Both the position numbers and the translations under genes were made by a program. Source: an uncultured bacterium (GTDB taxonomy: Bacteria > Armatimonadota > Hebobacteria > Hebobacterales > Hebobacteraceae). From it: 64,000 nt of DNA. How positions within the stretch are numbered: position 1 is the first letter of the stretch; each line of letters begins with the position of its first letter. Where the stretch lies: positions 103,168 to 167,167 of the forward strand of contig CAZLHI010000001.1 of the NCBI GenBank assembly GCA_964559435.1, in the 5' to 3' direction. Positions 19,238 to 25,604 of the stretch are shown in pieces. The notes beneath the pieces are model-generated. The model saw only the letters and a program-made list of their open reading frames with translations, ran no database searches and had not been told where the DNA came from.

Positions 19238-20467
19238 ATGGCGGGGACGGAATCCCTGCTCGGACTCGACATTGGCACGACCAAGGTAGCCGCCGTCGTC
19301 GGCAGTCGCGGCGCGGAGACGAGGCTTCTTGGTGCCGCCTCTGTTCCTTCCTCTGGCCTGCGGCGGGGAACGGTTGTGGACGCAGCTCACACCACCCGCG
19401 CGATTCAGGAAGCTGTCACCAAGGCGCAGAGGACGGCCGGCGTGGAGCTTGACTCGGCCTGGGTGGGGATCACTGGGCAGCATGTCTCGTGCCTGAACTC
19501 CCGGGGCGAGATCCAGCTCGCCCGAGCCAACCGCGAAATCACCTGGAGCGACGTCGAGCGCGTGATGGCCGCCTCCGTCAACGTCGTGTCGATACCGGCT
19601 GACCGACAGATGATCCACGCGGTTTCGCGGGGGTTCATCGTCGATGACGAGCCGAGGGTCCGGAACCCGGTCGGGCTATCCGCCAATCGCCTTGCCGTGG
19701 AGACGCACGTGGTCACTGCTTCCCGCAACTTGGTTGACAACATCGTCCGCTGTGTGGAACAGGCGGGCCTCCGTGTGGCGGAGATTGTGGCCGAGCCGCT
19801 GGCCACTGCCGACGCGGTGCTGTCCAAAGATGAAGAGCATCTGGGCGTGCTCCTGGTCGATATCGGCGGCGGCACAACCGACCTCGCCCTCTTTGCCGAC
19901 GGCAGTGTCGCCTACACCGGCGCGATCCCGGCCGCCGGCAGCAATGTGACCCACGATCTCGCGGTGGCCCTCGGTATCACTCACCCGCAGGCCGAGCAGA
20001 TAAAGCTCGTCCACGGGTGCGCAAAGGTCAGCATGGTCCCGGACGAGCAGATGGTGGCGATTCCCCGAGATGAGGAGGATCGGACCGTCAGCCGCCGCTT
20101 CATAGCCCAGATCGTGGAGGCCAGGGCACAGGAGATCTTCCGGCTTGTCGCGCAGGAAATGCAGCGGCTCGGCACGGCCTGGCCCCCGCCCGGCGGCGCT
20201 GTCCTCACCGGAGGCGGGAGTCTGCTTACTGCAGTCACCGCCACCGCGCAAGACGTGCTCGGTTGCCGCGTGCGTCTCGGGCGCCCCCGTGTGGCTTCCG
20301 GACCCACGCACCTGCTGGAGAGCCCGTCCCTCGCTACGGGCGTTGGGCTCGTCTATTATGCTCATCGGGAGTCCGAGTCCAGGCGGGCCGTGCCAAGCCC
20401 AACCGTGCGAGTCATGCCGGTGCTCGGCCGCGTCATAGCGTGGGTGAGGGATCTCTTTAGCTCCTGA
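19238..20467 (+). CDS. ftsA: Cell-division protein FtsA
   Basis: Actin-fold phosphate motifs LGLDIGTTKVAAVV and VDIGGGTTDLALF. C-terminal amphipathic helix VLGRVIAWVRDLFSS. Confidence 0.93.
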   Translation: MAGTESLLGLDIGTTKVAAVVGSRGAETRLLGAASVPSSGLRRGTVVDAAHTTRAIQEAVTKAQRTAGVELDSAWVGITGQHVSCLNSRGEIQLARANREITWSDVERVMAASVNVVSIPADRQMIHAVSRGFIVDDEPRVRNPVGLSANRLAVETHVVTASRNLVDNIVRCVEQAGLRVAEIVAEPLATADAVLSKDEEHLGVLLVDIGGGTTDLALFADGSVAYTGAIPAAGSNVTHDLAVALGITHPQAEQIKLVHGCAKVSMVPDEQMVAIPRDEEDRTVSRRFIAQIVEARAQEIFRLVAQEMQRLGTAWPPPGGAVLTGGGSLLTAVTATAQDVLGCRVRLGRPRVASGPTHLLESPSLATGVGLVYYAHRESESRRAVPSPTVRVMPVLGRVIAWVRDLFSS

Positions 20468-20499
20468 CGAGTCCGCGCCAAGGGGCGGACCTCGCAATC

Positions 20500-21675
20500 A
20501 TGCCTGCACATAACAGCTCAGCGCCAAGGGTTGTGCTCACCGGCGGAGGCACCGGCGGACACGTCTATCCCGCGCTTGCCGTCGCTGAGGCCATCAGCCA
20601 GATCGCGCCGAAGGCCCAGCTCCTGTATGTCGGCGGAGACCGTATGGAGGCAAGGACGGTTCCCGCCGCCGGCCTGCCCTTCCGGCGCATCTCCGTGCAT
20701 GGGCTGGCCGGCCGCGGCGTGTCACTCGGACGCCGCCTCCGATCCCTGGTCGAACTGGCCCTCGGTCTGCCGCTGATTCAGAGCCTTTTGATCCTCCGGA
20801 GCTTCGGTCCGGATGTCGTGCTCGGAACGGGCGGCTATGTCTCCGGGCCGGTTCTCGTAGCGGCGCGCCTGATGGGCGTTCCCTCCGCCGCTCTCGATGG
20901 CAATCGCGTGCCGGGGCACACCAGCCGAATCGTGGCCAGGCTGGTGGACGTGATGCTCGTGGCTCATGATGAGCTGGCCGAGTACTTCTCCGCTCGCGTA
21001 CGCAAGAGAGCGCGGGTGGAGATCACGGGCTTGCCGGTACGGGCAGAGATCACGGGCACGTCCCGGGAGCAGGGAGCTGCGGCGCTCGGCCTGGACCCGT
21101 CTCTGACTACCGTTCTGGTCTTCGGGGGCAGCCTGGGATCCGCGCGGATCAACGCCGCTGTCACGGGCGCCGGAGAGCATCTTGCTCACATGGAGAGCCT
21201 GCCGGAGATTCAGGTGCTGCATGTCACGGGTCGGCGCTTCGACGCGCCAGACATCCCCAGCGCCCCCGGTCGTCTGGACTACCGAGCGGTCCCATATCTG
21301 GAGTCCGACTACGGGCACGCTCTCGCCGCGGCCGACGTCGTTGTATCCCGATCTGGGGCAAGCACAGTCGCCGAGATCACCGCCCGCGGGCTGGCCGCGA
21401 TCCTCATTCCCTGGGCCGAGGCCAGCACGGGCGAGCAGTCTCAGAATGCCGCTTCGCTGGAGCGCGCGGGGGCCGCCATCGTCATCCCAGACTTGGAACT
21501 CACACCGGAACGCCTGGCCGCTTCTCTAGCCGCCATTCTGAGGGAGCCGGAGCGTCTCGGGCAAATGGCCGCGGCGAGCAGATCGGCAGGCCGCGCGCGC
21601 GCGGCCGAGCGAGTTGCCGAATTGGTGCTGAAGCTTGCCGGGCGACGGGCGAAGGGAACTGTGGGAAGCGGCTAG
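20500..21675 (+). CDS. murG: UDP-N-acetylglucosamine--N-acetylmuramyl-(pentapeptide) pyrophosphoryl-undecaprenol GlcNAc transferase MurG
   Basis: VVLTGGGTGGHVYPALAVAE N-terminal G-loop and GT28 architecture. Confidence 0.92.
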   Translation: MPAHNSSAPRVVLTGGGTGGHVYPALAVAEAISQIAPKAQLLYVGGDRMEARTVPAAGLPFRRISVHGLAGRGVSLGRRLRSLVELALGLPLIQSLLILRSFGPDVVLGTGGYVSGPVLVAARLMGVPSAALDGNRVPGHTSRIVARLVDVMLVAHDELAEYFSARVRKRARVEITGLPVRAEITGTSREQGAAALGLDPSLTTVLVFGGSLGSARINAAVTGAGEHLAHMESLPEIQVLHVTGRRFDAPDIPSAPGRLDYRAVPYLESDYGHALAAADVVVSRSGASTVAEITARGLAAILIPWAEASTGEQSQNAASLERAGAAIVIPDLELTPERLAASLAAILREPERLGQMAAASRSAGRARAAERVAELVLKLAGRRAKGTVGSG

Positions 21676-22205
21676 CCCAGGGACCGCAGGTCTGCGTACG
21701 GAGCGAGATAGGGGCGCCACCTGGGGTTGGCGGCTGCGGCCAGGAATTTCGTGTAGCTGATGTAGGGCAGGAACTTGGGACGGAAAGGCATCCGCTGTAT
21801 CCTCATCCCGGCCTCCGCTGGCATGCGGTTCCCCTTCTTGTTATTGCACTTAGTGCAGCAGCAAACCAGATTCGTCCAATCGTCTCCGCCGCCCCTCTCT
21901 TTCGGCACCACATGATCGATAGTCAGTGGCACGTTCCGGCGTCCGCAGTACTGGCACGTGTGGTTGTCCCGCGCGAAGATGCTCTTGCGAGACACGCGCA
22001 GAACCGGCATCGGCCTGCGCACGTGGTGGTTCAGTCGCACCACGGTCGGAAGCTCGATCATCAGATGCTCGGACCGAAAGACCTTCGAGTCCGTTTCCAC
22101 GGCATGCGCCTTGCCGACGCAGAGCATGCCCAGCGCCCTGCGCGCGTTCGTCACGTTCAGGGGCTGATAGTTGTTATTCAGTACCAGAACTGCATCCATG
22201 CTCAC
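21672..22205 (-). CDS. HNH endonuclease (177 aa)
   Basis: CQYCG ... IDHVVPKERGG ... NLVCCCTKCNNKKG HNH/zinc motif. Its stop overlaps the murG stop in a CTAG palindrome. Start is GTG at 22205 or ATG at 22199. Confidence 0.88.
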   Translation of the reverse strand: MSMDAVLVLNNNYQPLNVTNARRALGMLCVGKAHAVETDSKVFRSEHLMIELPTVVRLNHHVRRPMPVLRVSRKSIFARDNHTCQYCGRRNVPLTIDHVVPKERGGGDDWTNLVCCCTKCNNKKGNRMPAEAGMRIQRMPFRPKFLPYISYTKFLAAAANPRWRPYLAPYADLRSLG

Positions 22206-22373
22206 ACTCTTGACTATCTCGGCGGAAGTCCCGCCCGCCTCCCGGGCTACCTACACTCAGGACCGTCCCGCCCGTTTCGCCCTGCCCCGCCCCGACCGGA
22301 GGCCCGCCCGGCAGACCGAGGGCCGGCACTTCGAGAGGCCTGCAGAACACTAGCTTTGTTATTCCCGCTTTCG

Positions 22374-22403
22374 ATGCTAATGGATGAGGCGGACGCTTGT
22401 CAA
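22374..22403 (-). promoter_or_regulatory. Candidate promoter for the HNH gene (minus strand)
   Basis: Minus-strand TTGACA (22403-22398), an 18-nt spacer, then TAGCAT (22379-22374). This would give a roughly 160-nt G-rich leader. Confidence 0.3.
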
Positions 22404-22653
22404 GAGCCGAGAGCGGCAGCGCCTCCACGGGATCGCTCCAGCGTCGCCGAGACCATAGCTGCATACGGCCGAGCACGTCTTGCGTTTGGGGGAATCAACT
22501 GCCTTGTCGGTGCCTTCCAGAGAGGTTTCACCGCCTCATAGAACTCGGCGGAACAACTCGGCCGCTGCTTGCGTCTAATAGGTGCGTACTTCTCAAAGCC
22601 AGATCGCCGGCGAAGGGGACCCGTCGTCGCTTCGACCTCGAGTTGCACTGTAG

Positions 22654-22682
22654 TTGAACTGTGCTCGTATTTGCACTATAAT
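22654..22682 (+). promoter_or_regulatory. Near-consensus sigma70 promoter for the 22751 gene
   Basis: TTGAAC (22654-22659), a 17-nt spacer, then TATAAT (22677-22682). It lies 69 nt upstream of the ATG at 22751 in a locally AT-richer patch. Confidence 0.5.
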
Positions 22683-22750
22683 GGCGCCGATCAAACGGGC
22701 ATCGCGCGGCAAAGCGCGTGCGCGATTGTGCGCCAGGGGAGTGACAGGTC

Positions 22751-24442
22751 ATGGGCAGACGAAGCGCGCTGTGGCGATGGCTGGCAGGCATCGGGACCGT
22801 CCTGCTCCTCGTAGGGGCAGGCGCAGGCCTTCTGCTGGCGGCAGAGCGAACCGGGCTGGGCACATCCCGCGGCATACTGGATGAAATCACGCCCATCGAG
22901 GACGTCGAGGAGCGGCCTTCGGTTGTCGAGCCCAGCTTCGCGGCAGAGGGGCCTCTTGCGACGGGCGGCGTAGAGATAGCGGTGCCGGAGTCCGGCGCCA
23001 ATCTGCGCGGCGCTGCCGTCGTAAGAGTAGAGTGGCCCAATCCGATGGGCTACGTGATCTTTCGGATCGACGACCGCTTCGCCTACGCCACAACACCCCC
23101 GTTCGAGATGAGATGGGACACCAGCAGCGCGCTCGACGGCCCCCATGTCATTGCAGTGGACGCCTATGATGCCTCCGCCCGCTATGCCGGTAGCGCCTCC
23201 ATCGGCATCATGGTGGAGAACACGATCCCGGCTCCGCCCGAGGGCGTGTTTCTTGCCGTCAAGTTCGACCAGCACGACCTTCTCACCAGGACGATAAGCG
23301 CGCGCGGCGAGCTGTCGGCACTGCGAGCGGACGAGGCCCTGCCACAGGGGTTCGAGGTACTCGACGGCGAGCTGAGAGCCGAGCTGAGCATGTCCGTGAT
23401 GGACGCCTTCTACGAAGGGACGTCCGCACTGGTCCGGAGTCGGCTCCGGACCTCGGCGCTGGTTACGGATGGCACGAGCACAGGACTCCCGGAGGTGGGC
23501 CGATACGTCATGCTGCAAGTCTCCCGAAACGGGCTCGCGGTTCCCGAGGCCTCGGCCGCTGCCAAGCCACGGTTGGGGCTCGCCGAGATATCCCTCGCGC
23601 TGCGAGACTTCCCGGTGTTGCCGGGAGACACGTGGGAGTCGCCGATGGGCGTTGTCTGTGATCTGTACTCGCGCCGGGCCATATACGTCCGGGGACGGCA
23701 CGTATTCGAGGGGCTGCGCTGGTACCGAGGACAGGAATGCGCAGTCGTCAGCTCGAGCTACTCGATACCCGAGCTGCCCCTTGTCGTCCAAGAAAGCGGG
23801 CGCCAAGCCTCGGCGAGAGCACTGGGCGAAGAATCATGGAGCCTGTTGCTGACCCAGGGCAGGGGGATGCGCGGCGGTATGCGGGGCGGGATGCGCGGAG
23901 GCATGCGCGGCATGCGAGGCGGCCGGGCCGGCACCATGCGTGGCAGGGGTGGGGTGCGCGGTGCAGCCCGGCGAGGGGCCCAGGCCGGGCAGCCCGGTGC
24001 CCGGGGCCGGGCCGGCGCTCCCTCACAGCTGCTGAGCGCGAGACTCGTCGACCTCGACGGGACCCGTCGCACCTATCTGACGCGACGGTCTGGCCGCATT
24101 GTGCGCGTCGAGGACACGATGCTGGGCCAGGTGGAGTTCCGGACGGCCGCACAGCGCATGGCATCGGTGCCTCGCGGGGGCGAGAACAGCATGAATGTCG
24201 AACTCACCCAAGGCCGGGGGATGCGCGGGGGCATGCGCGGCGGGATGCGCGGCGGGATGCGTGGTGGGATGCGCGGCGGCATGCGAGGAGGCGCTCGTGC
24301 CGGTATGCAACGAGGCGCACGTCGGGGTCAAGCCGGACGCGGACGAGCCGGCGTCCCAGGACAGCGCACGGGCGCTCGCGGACTCACCCCGCCTCGGCTG
24401 GACTACGGCTTCCGGCTAACGAGCGATCTGGTCATCGAATAG
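22751..24442 (+). CDS. Membrane-anchored protein with an Ig-like domain and two (G-M-R-G)n low-complexity inserts; function unknown
   Basis: N-terminal RR..W plus a TM helix (LAGIGTVLLLVGAGAGLLLAA). An Ig-like segment follows (VVRVEWPNPMGYVIFRIDDRFAYATTPPFEMRWDTSSALDGPHVIAVDAYD). Two copies of LTQGRGMRGGMRGGMRGG... are followed by R/G/A-rich tails. GGGGAG lies about 10 nt upstream of the ATG. Confidence 0.75.
   Translation: MGRRSALWRWLAGIGTVLLLVGAGAGLLLAAERTGLGTSRGILDEITPIEDVEERPSVVEPSFAAEGPLATGGVEIAVPESGANLRGAAVVRVEWPNPMGYVIFRIDDRFAYATTPPFEMRWDTSSALDGPHVIAVDAYDASARYAGSASIGIMVENTIPAPPEGVFLAVKFDQHDLLTRTISARGELSALRADEALPQGFEVLDGELRAELSMSVMDAFYEGTSALVRSRLRTSALVTDGTSTGLPEVGRYVMLQVSRNGLAVPEASAAAKPRLGLAEISLALRDFPVLPGDTWESPMGVVCDLYSRRAIYVRGRHVFEGLRWYRGQECAVVSSSYSIPELPLVVQESGRQASARALGEESWSLLLTQGRGMRGGMRGGMRGGMRGMRGGRAGTMRGRGGVRGAARRGAQAGQPGARGRAGAPSQLLSARLVDLDGTRRTYLTRRSGRIVRVEDTMLGQVEFRTAAQRMASVPRGGENSMNVELTQGRGMRGGMRGGMRGGMRGGMRGGMRGGARAGMQRGARRGQAGRGRAGVPGQRTGARGLTPPRLDYGFRLTSDLVIE
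23864..23923 (+). repeat. Coding 12-bp tandem repeat (GGN ATG CGN GGN) x5, array 1
   Basis: In frame within the 22751 CDS; encodes GMRGGMRGGMRGGMRGMRGG. Third positions vary. Confidence 0.9.
24218..24292 (+). repeat. Coding 12-bp tandem repeat (GGN ATG CGN GGN) x6, array 2
   Basis: In frame within the 22751 CDS; encodes GMRGGMRGGMRGGMRGGMRGGMRGG. Preceded by the same LTQGRG lead-in as array 1. Confidence 0.9.
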
Positions 24443-24502
24443 CCCCTACTTCGCCCAGCGGCATGCCTGAGATTCGGCCCGCCTCGACTGGGCTATCACT
24501 TT

Positions 24503-24520
24503 CCGCCGCTCCCGCGGCGG
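24503..24520. terminator. Short GC hairpin between convergent genes
   Basis: CCGCCGC-TCCC-GCGGCGG: a 7-bp stem between the stops at 24442 (+) and 24547 (-). No U-tract. Confidence 0.25.
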
Positions 24521-24546
24521 ACCTGGGCAGTCCATCTCTAGCCCGA

Positions 24547-25281
24547 CTAGGAGACAAGGCGCGCGCGCCGCTTTGGCTCGAACCGCCTGATCAGCAACCA
24601 GCCGGCCACGAACCCCCCGATGTGAGCGAAGAAGGCCACCCCGCCCTGTCCGCTCTGGGTGAGCAGACTGCCTCGCACCTGGATGAGGAACCATAGCAGC
24701 AACACCAACCCGGCCGGGAGCATGACGACTGTGACGAAGAAAAACAGGAAGACGAGGCAGCGGACGCGCGCCCGCGGGAACTTCTTGTAGTACGCTCCCA
24801 GGACACCGGCTATGGCTCCGCTTGCGCCAATCATCGGCACCGCTGAGTCGAGGCTCATCACTGTCTGAGCCATTGCCGCGAGCAGACCGCAGAAGAGATA
24901 GAAGACCAAGAAGCGGAAGTGCCCGAGGGCATCCTCGACATTGTTCCCGAACACCCAGAGATAGAGCATGTTGCTGCCGAGGTGAACCAAGCCCCCGTGG
25001 AGGAACATTGACGTGAAAACGGTCAGCCAGACTGGCTCAAGGGCCCGCACCGGCACGTCCGACATGATGGCGGCAGCTCGGACCTGGGGAGGGAGCGCCT
25101 GCACGAGGCTGGCCTTCTGGAGCAGGACGACGGGGATTGCGCCGTGTTGATACACGAAGAGGATCTCGGCCAGCTCCGGGAGCATCAGCTGGTACAAAAA
25201 GATGGCAACGTTGGCGGCGACCAAGCCGACGACGACGATAGGGAAGGTTCGAACGGGGTTTTCGTCGCGAAATGGAATCAT
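24547..25281 (-). CDS. Rhomboid family intramembrane serine protease
   Basis: ATG at 25281 gives MIPFRDENPVRTFPIV. HGGLVHLGSNMLYLWVFG, catalytic GASGAIAGVLG (GxSG) and FFAHIGGFVAG (His) motifs are present. Confidence 0.9.
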   Translation of the reverse strand: MIPFRDENPVRTFPIVVVGLVAANVAIFLYQLMLPELAEILFVYQHGAIPVVLLQKASLVQALPPQVRAAAIMSDVPVRALEPVWLTVFTSMFLHGGLVHLGSNMLYLWVFGNNVEDALGHFRFLVFYLFCGLLAAMAQTVMSLDSAVPMIGASGAIAGVLGAYYKKFPRARVRCLVFLFFFVTVVMLPAGLVLLLWFLIQVRGSLLTQSGQGGVAFFAHIGGFVAGWLLIRRFEPKRRARLVS

Positions 25282-25369
25282 GTATTGCTGCTGCGCTGGA
25301 CAGTGGGGGGGATTGTAGCACCGGCGGCCTGAATGGGTCAAACGAGCTTGTGTGCACAAGGGCACCTAA

Positions 25370-25399
25370 TTGACAGCGGCCGGAGTCTACTGGTAGAGT
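25370..25399 (+). promoter_or_regulatory. Candidate promoter of tRNA-Lys
   Basis: TTGACA (25370-25375), an 18-nt spacer, then TAGAGT (25394-25399). The -10 ends 6 nt before the mature tRNA 5' end. Confidence 0.45.
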
Positions 25400-25405
25400 G
25401 AACGC

Positions 25406-25478
25406 GAGCCGTTAGCTCAGTTGGCAGAGCACCGGACTTTTAATCCGGGTGTCCTGGGTTCGAATCCCAGACGGCTCA
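25406..25478 (+). tRNA. tRNA-Lys (anticodon UUU)
   Basis: The cloverleaf was read by hand. Acceptor GAGCCGT/ACGGCTC, D arm GCTC-AGTTGGCA-GAGC, anticodon arm CCGGA-CTTTTAA-TCCGG, T arm CTGGG-TTCGAAT-CCCAG, discriminator A. 73 nt, with no encoded CCA. Confidence 0.95.
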
Positions 25479-25604
25479 CTTGCTTTTGTGCTTATTGCGG
25501 CTAGCGCGCTCAATGGAACGGCGCGGCGGGAGAGGATCTGCGCCGAAGTCGGGCTCGGCAGGTCGGACTGAAATCAGACGCTAGCAGAAGCTGCGTCACG
25601 GACC

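Noticed and set aside
20500-21675. The GGGTGGH motif of the ORF after ftsA; checked as a possible FtsZ tubulin signature (GGGTG[ST]G).
   Set aside because: The full sequence is a GT28 MurG (GGGTGGHVYPALAVAE N-terminus and MurG C-terminal domain), not a tubulin/FtsZ fold.
22397-22657. Overlapping roughly 85-aa ORFs on both strands (22397-22657 plus, 22400-22648 minus) in the HNH/22751 intergenic spacer.
   Set aside because: They have no motifs and mutually exclusive frames. Their composition is typical of random frames. The region is reported as unassigned instead of as a gene.
23864-24292. Two arrays of 12-bp tandem repeats; considered as a possible CRISPR or VNTR-type non-coding repeat.
   Set aside because: The repeats are contiguous with no spacers. 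They are in frame inside a long ORF and differ mainly at codon third positions. They are coding low-complexity arrays, reported as such.
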